Shown: positions 44,198 through 55,050 of the stretch, piece by piece | Position numbering within the stretch: the stretch's first letter is position 1 | How the letters are laid out: every line of letters starts with the position of its first letter | Assembly (NCBI GenBank): GCA_008690995.1 | Contig: VRMN01000002.1 | Span: forward strand, 2,294,001 to 2,358,000 | Length of the DNA: 64,000 nucleotides | Source: Porphyridium purpureum | Taxonomy: Eukaryota | Reading direction: 5' to 3' | The notes under the pieces: model-generated | What the model was told of the DNA's origin: nothing | What the model saw: the letters and a program-made list of their open reading frames with translations, nothing else | The model's database searches: none | Made by a program: the position numbers and the translations under genes

Positions 44198-46399
44198 CTA
44201 CATCTTTCCTGTTGCAAGGCGATCTTTCCAATCACGCCATTTCAGTCGAGCATCAATGCGCGCAAGATTTTTTTGGATCATACCCTTGGAACGCTTGCGC
44301 TGCATTGCCGCGCGCTGTTCACGATTCAGATCACGCAGGCGGGACCTGCATTTTTTTGGGCTCACTTCACCAGGATTCTCGCACGCTTCGGTGGGGCTTC
44401 TGTCTAGTTGCCTGACATACTTCTTCATCACTCGGACCATATCCTCGATCACGTCAACAGACAGCTGGGAGCCACCGTAGCGCGTCCTGCTGCTAGCCTG
44501 TAGCACCACACTGCTGAGCACGCGAAAAAGCCTGCGCGTCGCTTTCAAGTCGCTGCTGCCATATATCGCATGAAGCTTTCGAAAGAGCGTCAAGGCTTTG
44601 GCGTGGTACCCGGCCTTGCTTAGCAATTTCATATAGACCCCTGCAGGCCGCACAAGAATATCGCACCACTGCTCATACGTCCTGAAAAGTTTGTGACATA
44701 AATCCAGCCGCCCCAAGCGACCAAGTGTCTTGAGGTACGGTGTCATCATATGAGCGGTGCGGCGCGCATTCAGTAAGTTCTCGTCCTCCTGGTCAAAAAT
44801 AAGATCCAGTGCAAGACCCATGCGATCCTGCTTCAGGCACTGCTCTACCAAGGCCTCGTACGCAAACGCATGCAGCATGCCGTGCGGTATCTTTGACGCG
44901 TTTCCGTGCAAAGGCGGTGCTTGCTCGTGGCTGGCAAGCGCGACTCGCATGGCCATGGAGAGACAGCCTGCCCGCGAAGCCAGGTACACCATGCAGCTCG
45001 ATATGCCGCTATCTGTAGTTTTCCAGCGTGCGAATAAGTACTGCGCGCATTGGAAGGCATCACGAGGCGCAAACAATGGACGCTTAATATGTACTGGGAG
45101 CCGGCCGTCTGACACGCACGTGTGCAACGTATTGAAAAAGAAACGCAAGAACCGAACCCGATTTCTCTCATCCGAGCACAAGACTACGTCGCGATCGGTC
45201 AAAACTTCGTCGGCCAGCGTCAGTAGCAACTCGTCGAGTGGCTCATCCGCCTTGTTTGCTGACAAGCCTGCGCGCACATACTGGCGCAGTTCGCATTCGT
45301 GTAAAGTGTAGCCTAGGCTGCAGATCCATTGCATGTATTCGCGCGCGATGCCAAACTGTGCCGCACGAACGCAAGCTGACACGAGAAGGTGGAGCACCCG
45401 TGCGTCTGGTTTGATGCCTAGCTTCTGGTACAGCTCTGCCACTCGTGCGGCCTCCGTAGCGTTGCCCGTCTTGGCACAGACCCACGCCCCACTTTCGAGT
45501 ATGCTTGCGTCCAGCTGCGCAGTGTTGCTCGCAGCGAGTCCGGGTATCCACAACTCGCTCCACAGCTCGGCCGCCACCGCCGTTTGCTGATGACGTAAAA
45601 AGAAGCGAAGAAGTGCATCGAATACCACGGCGTCGAGCACATCGCGCCCGGCAAGTAGCTCGACGGAAGCATTGTGCATGTTCGCGCCGGCTGGCGCGCT
45701 CTCATTCAAATGGTCCCTGAGCTTTTGTAGCGCCTGCTTCTGCTGCTGCAGCATGACACGACTCGTTGCAACCACCACGTTGACTTTTCGGCAGGGCTTC
45801 GCCAGTATAAGGCACTGCATGAGAACTCTTGAGTCCAACTGCACGCGATGCTTTCGCGCCTGCTGCACCATGCGAACCACGAAGGCAAGCTTGGCGCGCG
45901 GTGTCAGATCTGGCGCGCGTCGGGCTAAATCGAGTGACGCTTCCAAAGTGACTGCATCAAAGGGTGTGCGGCTCTTTCCCAGCATTCGCATAAGCTCTTT
46001 GCGCGTACGAGCGCGTCGTGCGTGTATAGTGGCATCACTCTCCTGGCCGCTGTCCATTGCCACGCGCAGCGCCAGCTTGATTGTCTGGTTGAGTGCGTCG
46101 GTATCCCGATTGCCGGCGCGGCCTGTGTCCCTCAGCAAATGCGAGCGCCTTGGGTCAAGCTGCCATGCCGAGGTGCCCACGCGTGCATCCTCGGTAGCCA
46201 CCGTCGCGCGTGACACGGCTGCAAGCGACCCCGCGCCATCTTCTTTCGCCGGCCTTGCGCGATGCAGAGCGTGGCTTGCGCGCGAGGCGAGCGAGCGTGC
46301 CGTACCAAACGCATTCGACTCGCGCAGGCGCTGTGCGGCTCGTCGCCACGGACCACATGCTCGTCGTGGCTGGGAGGCCCATGCCATCAGCGCTCGCAT
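44198..46399 (-). CDS. PPR-like helical-repeat organellar protein
   Basis: Arg-rich presequence; GIKPDARVLHLLVSACVRA, AYEALVEQC, YLKTLGRLGRLD. Confidence 0.78.
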   Translation of the reverse strand: MRALMAWASQPRRACGPWRRAAQRLRESNAFGTARSLASRASHALHRARPAKEDGAGSLAAVSRATVATEDARVGTSAWQLDPRRSHLLRDTGRAGNRDTDALNQTIKLALRVAMDSGQESDATIHARRARTRKELMRMLGKSRTPFDAVTLEASLDLARRAPDLTPRAKLAFVVRMVQQARKHRVQLDSRVLMQCLILAKPCRKVNVVVATSRVMLQQQKQALQKLRDHLNESAPAGANMHNASVELLAGRDVLDAVVFDALLRFFLRHQQTAVAAELWSELWIPGLAASNTAQLDASILESGAWVCAKTGNATEAARVAELYQKLGIKPDARVLHLLVSACVRAAQFGIAREYMQWICSLGYTLHECELRQYVRAGLSANKADEPLDELLLTLADEVLTDRDVVLCSDERNRVRFLRFFFNTLHTCVSDGRLPVHIKRPLFAPRDAFQCAQYLFARWKTTDSGISSCMVYLASRAGCLSMAMRVALASHEQAPPLHGNASKIPHGMLHAFAYEALVEQCLKQDRMGLALDLIFDQEDENLLNARRTAHMMTPYLKTLGRLGRLDLCHKLFRTYEQWCDILVRPAGVYMKLLSKAGYHAKALTLFRKLHAIYGSSDLKATRRLFRVLSSVVLQASSRTRYGGSQLSVDVIEDMVRVMKKYVRQLDRSPTEACENPGEVSPKKCRSRLRDLNREQRAAMQRKRSKGMIQKNLARIDARLKWRDWKDRLATGKM

Positions 46400-47141
46400 G
46401 TTGCGCGCTCATTTCCCATCCGCTCACCACAAACGACAGAATGCGCCACCGCGTGCAGCGCGGAACCGAGTTAGCGCTGTACGCGCGTACGAATCTGCGT
46501 GAGAGCGCGAGAAGCGTCGGGTATCCAAAGCACAGCGCTTTCCCAAACACAAACCCGTCGGCGCAGGGCGTGCCGCAAGGTGTACAAACGCGCCGCGGTT
46601 CGATACAAGCGCTCGATCTCGACGCGCGACGGCTGCTCATTGGACGAGTGGACGATTGGCCGAGTGCGCGCGGCGTGCTGCTGCTGGCGTGTGCGCGCGC
46701 ACGAACGAATCCGAACACGTGTCGGCGGTGATGCTGGCGCTGCCCGCACCGTTCCTTGTTTCGGGTAACTTTGGCTATGCTCTCGAAGAATGAGCGTTAC
46801 CGATGTGCGCGAGATGCACATGTTGCGCGACGCATTCTTTGACCGTGGTGGCTTCATGCGTGCATCCCTTTCCCGTCTTGGACAGACAGATAGTTGCGCT
46901 GTGCGCACTAGCGCAGGCGAGTTCAACAGAGGGCAGCTGGGCGGCGAGCAAGCTTGCCGGGCCTTCATCAAGAAAATCAGATTGCGTGCAGCGGTGCGGC
47001 GGAACACGAGGAGCACGACGGCAGAGTTAGCGGCGCAGAAGAGCGCCCGTGAGAAGTCGCGGCTGAAAGCATCCATTGGAAAATTTCCTACGCCTTCCAG
47101 GAACATTTCGCGACGGGCGCGCGGCTGCTGATTTTGGTCGA

Positions 47142-47905
47142 ATGGCAAAGTACGCGACTGAAATGGCGCGGATGTTTCCATTGGCTTGGGCTGTGGCCAT
47201 CGCGCTGCTTGCGACATGGTCTTCGTTGTACACTGCGGTTGCTCAGGAGCTCTGCCAGTTGGTCGAGCAGAGTGAACAGTGCTTGGCGGCTGGGACGCAA
47301 GCTCTGGTTCCGGACGCTGAAGGGACGCTTGCACGGTCCGCCGTCCCCGCGTCGTGTCAAAGTGGGTTCCCCAAGTGTGCGTTGCAGCCCTGCCGGAATG
47401 ACGTAGAGTCTGAAGAAACCCAGCAGAAGATGGTGCTCGAGTACAAGGATGTGTCTGAGTTGTCTTTGGAATTCTCTGCTTCGCCTGTGGACATTGTGGT
47501 CGACTGTGGCGACGGAACGGTGACGGCGCACATGAGCATGGGGAAATTCGTGCACACATACCGGCGTCATGGGAGCTGTCAAGTCGTGATCTCGGGAAGT
47601 GTGGGTGGAATCAGATTCGATGACGGCTTAACTGCTGTGTCTTTGTGGGGCGAGCTTGGTCTGACCACGTTGAATGGGGCTTTCTATGGCATGAGCTCAC
47701 GCCAAAGCGTTTCCGCCGACCTGCCGCGCACCGTCACCAATCTGAGCTGCATGTTCGCGGAATCAAGGTTCGACGGAGAGATTGGTACATGGGGTGCCCA
47801 CAGTGTGACAAGCATGAGCGGCAAGTTTGATCCCGCTTTTTTCTATCGGGACGTTTCTGAAGAAAATGTGAGCTGTGTGGCAAGCATGGACTTTATGTTT
47901 GCATC
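47142..47905 (+). pseudogene. Secreted PKD-like + DUF285/BspA-type surface repeat protein, truncated by the Fanzor element
   Basis: Signal peptide; VDCGDGT..HTY...QVVISG (PKD); WGELGLTTLNGAF; VTNLSCMFAESRFDGEIGTW..SVTSMSG repeats, degenerate. Homology stops at about 47905. Confidence 0.75.
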
Positions 47906-48040
47906 TTCAATGGAGATATTGGGATGTCCCTCTTGTATTCGCCTGATCCGAAGATCAAGTTCGGCGGTGTCCCAAGACACCGTGCACCGGCAGGGTCAGG
48001 CTCCAATGCTGGGGACCGGAATCCCCAGCGCCTTGTGATT
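47905..48040 (-). ncRNA. Putative omega-RNA scaffold / Fanzor right end
   Basis: Overlaps and follows the ORF end. Hairpin CGGUGUC-UUGG-GACACCG (47982-47965) and hairpin CUUGAUC-UUCG-GAUCAGG (47959-47942) with a cUUCGg tetraloop. Confidence 0.6.
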
Positions 48041-50110
48041 GCGCAGTAAAATGTTCTTTGTACCGTTGATGTCGCGATCCATGACGGCTCCGCACGCGCT
48101 GGAGCAACACTTGAAAGTCTTGGCGCCGCCCAAGTTCGCGTTTATCGTTCCACACGCGCTGCAAGTCTCTGAGGTACACGCCTCATTGACAAGCACCAAT
48201 TTCGACCCGGTTTTTATTGCATTACTGTAGAATAGTCGGACCGTTTCGAAGTGGTGACATAACGGTCCAGTGCTGCGCGGGCCTATGCGCGTACATATGG
48301 CGGTTTCGGAGCCGTCTTCGCAACGGTCGGGTCGTACAGGGCCTGTGGCTGGACGGTAAGACCCACCTCGTCGCCCTGCGCTGCAGAGGCGCACGACAGG
48401 CTGGCGGGGTATATAAAAGCAACCCCACCCGACGGTCGTCGCGTGGTTAGCTTCCCCACCGGAGAAGACGCAAGGAAGAAGAGTAAGAAATTACGAGTAA
48501 ACGGGTCGTCGGGTAGAGCCGAAGTTTAGACAACTCCCCGATGATTCCTTCACAACATTAAATGCAATTCATCTTTGGAAAGAAAAGGGACCCCTGGAAA
48601 CCATAAGACGCTCAGCCTTGTAACGAATCTGGCGGTCACGACGGCGGACCATATTGGGCACTGCGAACGTAAGCAACAGGGTGAGGTCATACTCGCGCAC
48701 AAGATATGCGCCGGGTTGCTTGTGGACCTCATCCACTAAGTTGCGTGTGCATTCGTGTGCGCGGCGTGCGGCTCGGCGCAGCGCATAGCGCCGGTGCGCG
48801 TTCTGCGCAGACGCAACCTTGGACATCAAATCGTCCAGGCTCTTGCAGAGTCGGAAAATGCGACCGATGTCGCCGACTCCTACGGAAATTGCGCGGCTCC
48901 GATCCGGGTCGAAACGCGTTTGAAATGTTTGGACGCCCGGGTTTAGTGCAACGACACGCACTTGCGCATCACATCGGCCTTGGTTTTCGGCCGTGTGCTG
49001 CTACTGCTGCTGTTGCTCCTGTTGCTGCTTTTCCTGCTGTTGCTGCGGCAGTGGTTCTGCCTTCAGGCTGCGCAATGTGTACCTGTGTGGTTTGCACAGA
49101 AACAACTTGTTCGTCGGTGTTCGCTGCCGGCGACAGTCCATGTTCATAAGCCCACGCGACACTCCGACACCTTGACCTGTTCACAAACGCATGGGTGCGG
49201 AACAAAGCGCCGACAGGACAATGCAGTCCGCATGCTACCCAACTCACTGTTTGCGAATATAAATCGACCCACTGTAATGAGCCTTTCGCGACCGAAAACC
49301 AAGCATGAAATGCGATACATTTCCCGCTGCCGTATTGGTGAGGTAAGCTTAATACGCCGCAATTGCATCCGCGCACGCGCCATCCCGAATGCCGAATGGG
49401 ATGGATCTCAACCACGGGTTGGCAGCGACGTAATCACTGCCTTTGTTCACCACCCAAAACCGCATATACTACACCCAGCTCACAGTGTTTCCACCAATTC
49501 GCCGATCTGCGTCTGCCTTCAGACTGTTTAGAAACACGACGCCGTGGTTATACGTCCACGGAGCAGCACCGAACAGCTCAAGTATAAGCTGCAAGTCCAC
49601 TCGGCGGACAGGATTCACCTTGACTTTCGAAGCGGCTACAGCTTCGCCCAGCTGGTTTTCAACCGCCCTCCATTTCCTTGGCACAAGGCAGCTGCAAACG
49701 CCGTTCCGCGCTTACCCGCATCTCTGGGACTCGCTCGCCTGCCGATGTTCAATGCCAGCCTGCGGGTAGGATTGACGAGCTAACCGGCACGCGCCGACCG
49801 GTCACCGCTTTCGTACCACGTACGCGAAACCAAGTTGATTTTGCGCGCGAGCAGAATGCGCCGTCCGCGAAGTCTCTCGAAGCGGCTGCGGTTGGCGACC
49901 ACATCAAGGCTGAAATGGTCGCCATCGACTCGAACCAGAAGGGCATCACTTTCCCCCGGTCACCCGCCGTAATCGCTCGCCGTCGCCCTGCCGAAGGACG
50001 CTCTGTCATGGGCGCCGCTTCGCTCTGCGACTCGCCCGCCCCGCCGCTCGCATTCCCGGTCTTACCACTTGCCCTCCCTGCCACGCCGCTTGCCGCTCGC
50101 GTATGTGCGC
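47996..50110 (-). mobile_element. Fanzor2/TnpB-like RNA-guided nuclease gene, pseudogenised
   Basis: Colinear fragments: GKVMPFWFES..ISALMWSPT...STWF; LFGAAPWTYN; KWFLCKP; ENQG..RVVALNPGVQTF (RuvC-I); NLVDEVHKQ..YLVREYD.LLL.F; VNEACTSETCSACG...CSSACGAVMDRDING.KNI (Zn ribbon + RuvC-III). Contains stops, frameshifts and an LTR insertion. Confidence 0.9.
48226..48557 (+). mobile_element. Solo LTR (332 bp) inserted in the Fanzor ORF
   Basis: TGT...ACA termini, TTAC/TTAA near-TSD and internal TATAAAA. Removing it restores the frame FQR*IAFNAIKTGSKLVLVNE. Confidence 0.78.
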
Positions 50111-50822
50111 GCGTCACGCGCGCGCTCGTGCGCGCATCCTGAGATGGGAGTCGCCTACTTTGTATTGTCACGTGCGATGTTCCCTTTCGTGAGCGAGTCA
50201 AACTTCTTTCACAAGAACTGAGACCTCTGTAAAAGTTTATAAACATTGTGAAATACAGGCTGTGTCTTTGATTTTTGGGTTTTGCAGGCAATAAGGAGAA
50301 ATGGTAGTTACAAGGTAAGATAAAGAGTGATGAGGTGAACGTGTCTCGTGGCTAAGGTGTCACGACTTCTAAATGTACGTTTTCGTCTTAAAAGCGTACA
50401 TTGCAATCGCTCAGCATATGAAGTTCCTTTTCGTGCAGAAGTGTCATATGCCACTTTTGCATTGGCAGGACCAGTTTGCAAGGGTAAACGTATCATAGAA
50501 CGGTATGATTCTCATATGAAATCCGACACCTCAAGAAATTATTTTGGTCGGCGGCAATGAAGGCTTTGGACTGCGACCTCTCGTGATGGGAAAGTGTACC
50601 AATCTCGCCAAGATTTCTCCTGGTCTTTCAGAGCAGCTGTCTGCTGACAAGTCCTCGCGGTCGCCTTTTGTGGAATCCCTCAACATCTCGACTGCGCTTA
50701 ACATTTCATTGTTTCAGCATCTAGGATAAGTAGTAGTCATGCTCTCCTGCTCTCTTTTTCAGGATGCTAGAAAGGAGGAGGCTCTAGGCTTTATTTGACC
50801 GAAACAAGTGTGAGAGCAAAGT

Positions 50823-52070
50823 TTATATGCCAGCGTTTCGACGGATTTCATCGAGATTCACGCACGCTCCGTTGCTCAAACGAATCATCCGGATAAAGCA
50901 ATCAACGGGAATCGGTCCCGGGCAACAAATGACATTGTTCTGCGATCGGTAGAATCGAAGACCGTGGCGAATGGCGCGCGCGACGTCTATGTAGATTACT
51001 ACATCGACACCACGACGAATTCCGCTACGAACCTCCGGGTCGTCGGGCAAGCCAACGTCCATTTGAATTGCATGTCGCTGCATTCGATTGAGGCCACCAC
51101 TGCGCAGAATATTCAACAAAGAGTCATCATACGTGCCGTGTGCACACACGGGCACATCATCGGGATCGTAGATGGGCGTCAAAAGCTGCTCGGGGTCCAC
51201 AGACGTAATCGTGTGTCCCTGATTGGCGCGAACCAAAAGCACGCCGTCCTCCTCGATCACGGAAAAGCGCGTCTTCTCGTCTGCCGCTGCCGCTTGGAGC
51301 ACACTGTCTGTAGTCGCCGCCGGGAAGTCAAGGGCATCCAAGAGAGCCTGGACCGTGATGTAGCCATCGGGTCGAGTAGCTGCTCGGTGTCGTAGATACC
51401 ACGTCATGCTGCGCTGGAAGCGCTCCACGCCAAGTCGCGTCGAGCGATTTCCACCTGCGCCAGCACCGCGCTTGGCTTGGGCGTCAGCGCTGACCTCATC
51501 GACATCAGTACCGTCGGGCCTTCGTCGACGGCGCAAAGCTGCAATTCGGTCGGCTTCGCGTAGCTGGTGAACACGAGTCAGCGTCTCGATCAATCGCAGA
51601 TCGTCTTGAGGAATCCAGACGGCTTCCAAGGCGTCTCCGAGCATATCGGGAGAGGAATCGCCAAGCTCTAGCTCAACGCGGCGCAGGAGCGGAAGAGGTT
51701 GTGGCTCAGCGGCTACATCGACACAAGCATGCCGAGCGATTGAGTCGCGCAAGCTCGGCACGAGCATGGCTATATGTATCCAGCGTTTCCGCATGCCTGT
51801 TGCCTGCCGATGGTCCGGAGCGCCCGACCAACCTTTGTACGACGCGATGCACAAAACTTGACGTAACTCCCAATCGCTCAGATACTCGACACTGCCCGTT
51901 TGCTGATATTCCTTGGACATCTTCTTGTACAGAGGGACCGCAGTGGTACCTGCAATGAACGAGCCGGTCGGTGACAATCCGTAGTGCCTCGCCATCAGGC
52001 GGCCGCGAGCACCACCAACATGATCCATCAGCCTCAGTACCATGTCGGAGCGGGATTCATTCGCAATCAT
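50823..52070 (-). CDS. RNA 2'-phosphotransferase (KptA/Tpt1) domain with unexplained ~200-aa N-terminal region; probably a 3' fragment of a larger gene
   Basis: MTWYLRH, DGY, DEKTRF, VRANQGHT, CAHGT, GLNRMQRHAIQ, SGIR, FYRSQNNVICCPG. The second HxH-type motif is altered (RHAIQ). Confidence 0.85.
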   Translation of the reverse strand: MIANESRSDMVLRLMDHVGGARGRLMARHYGLSPTGSFIAGTTAVPLYKKMSKEYQQTGSVEYLSDWELRQVLCIASYKGWSGAPDHRQATGMRKRWIHIAMLVPSLRDSIARHACVDVAAEPQPLPLLRRVELELGDSSPDMLGDALEAVWIPQDDLRLIETLTRVHQLREADRIAALRRRRRPDGTDVDEVSADAQAKRGAGAGGNRSTRLGVERFQRSMTWYLRHRAATRPDGYITVQALLDALDFPAATTDSVLQAAAADEKTRFSVIEEDGVLLVRANQGHTITSVDPEQLLTPIYDPDDVPVCAHGTYDDSLLNILRSGGLNRMQRHAIQMDVGLPDDPEVRSGIRRGVDVVIYIDVARAIRHGLRFYRSQNNVICCPGPIPVDCFIRMIRLSNGACVNLDEIRRNAGI

Positions 52071-52089
52071 CTCAAAGCTTCATGTCTGT

Positions 52090-52354
52090 TGTAGAAAACG
52101 TCCTCCCGCTCCTCTGTGTGTATCGCGCAGCACGGTCCTTCCGTGGGAACGATGAGGTCCCTCTGAACCGCGGATTCCTGAATTCACTTAGCCGGCGGCG
52201 CTGCACAAGTACCTTTTAACGGGCGGCCGGGGCTCGGCCGGAAAAGTAGCGGAGGTAGAGACTCTTTGGCGTCGTGAGGTAAAGGTTTGTCGTTTGTTGG
52301 GAGCAATAGGGAGCTGGTGCAGAATGGTCTACGCGCCTCGAAGAGTCCGCCACA
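52090..52354 (+). mobile_element. Possible LTR fragment (TG...CA) followed by a TGG primer-binding-like site
   Basis: TGTAGAAAAC...GCCACA followed by CTTG-TGGCCC. No clean TSD. Confidence 0.4.
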
Positions 52355-52683
52355 CTTGTGGCCCACGGGTTGCGCGTTTCGCCGTGCGCACCCGCACCCC
52401 TTTCGGTCGTAGCATCGATTTTTCTCGGCCGATCCCTTGGAGCACCTCTCCAAGCCTTCGACTTTACACGCACAGTACTCACCTCTTCTTCCTTGCTGCC
52501 AAATGACCGTCATGCAGTTTCTCAACACCTTGCAGGCTCTTATTTCTTCGTCAATGGTGCCCTCTTTTATTTTAGCTCATTCTATCCAAACACTCGTCGA
52601 ACGTCCTTTATATATTTTTCTGTCCATGACGGCATGCTCGAGAAAACGGCCCCTCAGGCGCAAACACTTTGCGTCCGTTCCCA

Positions 52684-53070
52684 TCACGACCCCCTGAACG
52701 GTCGCACAACCGAGTATTCGCGGACCACAATGCTACTGTGCGCCATCTTTCACGTCAGCAAGTTCTGGCGCGCTCTGTTCCTCATCAGCAGGTTCTTTCG
52801 TGTCTGTTCGGCTCGACCCATTTGCGCGAAGTTCACACAGTGTCATATCAACGGCGGTTCTTGTGCTCAGTCGCATGCACTTCCAAAGCAGAAGGTTGCT
52901 CAAGACGAGCGGCGCCAAGTGCTGACAAGAAAGAGGGCGCGACGCCAAGTACCGATAAAAAAGAGGACGCGGCGCCCTCTGGCCAACGCGACTCCTGAAC
53001 GGGCGGCGCACTGCTTTTTACAAAGATTTTTATAGATTCTTTTGTTGCACGACCGGTTAAGGGGTCATGA
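52684..53070. mobile_element. MITE-like element with imperfect ~27-bp terminal inverted repeats
   Basis: tcacgaccccctgaacggtcgcacaac versus the reverse complement of 53044-53070, tcatgaccccttaaccggtcgtgcaac. Internal 30-bp tandem repeats. Confidence 0.5.
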
Positions 53071-53551
53071 ACTGGCCGACCAGCAGAGGTTTTTCAAAAC
53101 TTGTGGGTTTTTTTCCTCGAGCGAAGTTGGCAATATATAAAGCGTGAAGTAGGACGGCTAGATTGTAGATGTAAAAGAGAGCAACCGTAAATAGTGAAGA
53201 AGAAGAACCTTTGAAAAAAGGAAGAAGTGCTGCGTGACGGTTATTGGCAGCAAGATCAGATACACTTCAAACTGTACCTGGAGGGTAGGAAAGAGGAAGG
53301 AGGAACTGGAGGCGTTTTTATTGGGAATTCTTCTCTCCCCGCTCGTGTTCTGTCCACTCGAACTACTTTATCACGTTTCAAAATTACAGTTTTCGCATGT
53401 TGATTCTCAGCCGAAAAGATCAGGGACCTCGGCACTGTTTGCGCCTTGTGCAATCTCTAGCTATATAACAATTCAAACACGGCTATCGCTCGTGCGATCC
53501 GGCCGAGCCGCAGTGATCGACAGTGAGCTTATGAGTACACTGATGACTGTA

Positions 53552-54941
53552 CAGTAAGTGACAATCAATTAAAAACACCCGCTGTTTTGCATATTTTCTA
53601 TGAAAATAGGTAATTTTAGAATAAAATTGAAGAAGGTCGACCTTTCGGTGACCGTGCGAGCGTCCAAACGATTAAAAACAGTGCAGTCAAACACACATTC
53701 CAGGGGTCATAGAGCATGGACAGGAGCGCTCGGCGCGATTTCATCAGGAGCACAGCAACGTTTTTCAGTGGACAAGAGCCCAGCATGATTGGTGGCGTGG
53801 TTACGGAGGAATGCATGATGCGGGTGATCACGAATTGACTATCGAGATTTTGCTCCGTTCCATTAGTACAAAGGTATTTGAATAGCCTCAAAACGGAAAG
53901 CAAATGGAGACCCGATCAGAATGACGCAAGAATAACATCCAAACCGCACCCAAAGCTTGAAAATGTCCCAAAGCAAGGCCTTCTTTTGCAGCGTTTTTGG
54001 TTCGCACAGAACTGTAATCAGCATGTGCCGAGCCAATTTCAGCGCAACGCACCAGACTTGGAACCAGAAATAAGCGCACGTGCGAGACGAAGACGACCAT
54101 ACCAGCTTTGGAGAACTGTCATGGACACACACAAAATGAATGAGTTGTTTTTACTGCTGAAAACAGAGAAAAACTTGCAAGTGTTATTTACGGACCTAAA
54201 AGGCTCGAATTGGAGGGTTCTGATGGTGTCCTCTTCTCTTAGGGAGGGTCAGAGCTTATCCCAGTCAACCATTTCATCTGTACGTTCGGTGCACACAGCT
54301 TGATAACTTGGGAGTGCCAACCGCACCCGAAAATTTAGACTTCTCCTTCGCATGCGACCATCGTATCCCTATTGAGAGGAGCGCAAGAAGCGTGAACATG
54401 TTGGACAGATTTCGGGTGAATATGAGAGCCGTAAAAAAGCTCAGTTGCTTCATGTTTATGTTGCTCTATGTAGCTTGCCTCAAGGCAGAGCAAACCTGAT
54501 ACCGATTGAAAAGCAAATATGTGGAAGCTAGAGATAGTCCTGCGCTCCCGCGAGACTTGGATTCAATTGACCATGTTCGGAGACATGTAATAGGCCACGT
54601 TTACGGTGAATTCCAGCAGTTTTATAGCGTGAAAGAGCTGCGAACGGCAGATTAGGACGCCCTGGCGAAAATGGAGGGCTCCTGCGTCACAGGCTCGCGT
54701 GACAGTGTGTCAAAGGGACTCGTTGGAAAGGTCTTGGGCCAAGGAAGGACGTGGCGCTTTCAGAACTCGCTTTTACTCTTCACTGCTGCGGTAAACTCTC
54801 TGAACTTGCTCTGTTTTTAATCGTTTGTCACTTTCCCTTCGCGCGTAAAATCTCTACTTCAACGAGTTTGTACTAAATTTACCATGTTTTGTTATAAAAG
54901 GTAACGACTAGCGGGTGTTTTTAATTGATTGTCACTTGCTG
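53552..54941 (+). mobile_element. Tc1/mariner DNA transposon (1390 bp) with intact TIRs, TA TSD and decayed transposase
   Basis: TIR CAG(T/C)AAGTGACAATCAATTAAAAACACCCGCT at both ends, flanked by TA at 53550-51 and 54942-43. Remnant motifs VLFTD and PALPRDLDSIDHV. Confidence 0.9.
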
Positions 54942-55050
54942 TACATGGCCTCTCTCACGGCCATCGTGCTCGATCTTCAACAATTTTACCCACAGTTCCA
55001 TCCGATGCACAGAAACACATTGTTGAAAGCCCGAACGGTTTCGCAGGCGG

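Noticed and set aside
46471..47559. Long shadow ORFs (also 2090-3130, 15478-16440, 62543-63604)
   Set aside because: Antisense or overlapping to better-supported genes in GC-rich DNA, with no recognisable domains.
49678..50300. IS607-type serine recombinase (TnpA) upstream of the Fanzor
   Set aside because: No YARVS or other resolvase motifs. The minus-strand ORF instead matches the Fanzor N-terminus.
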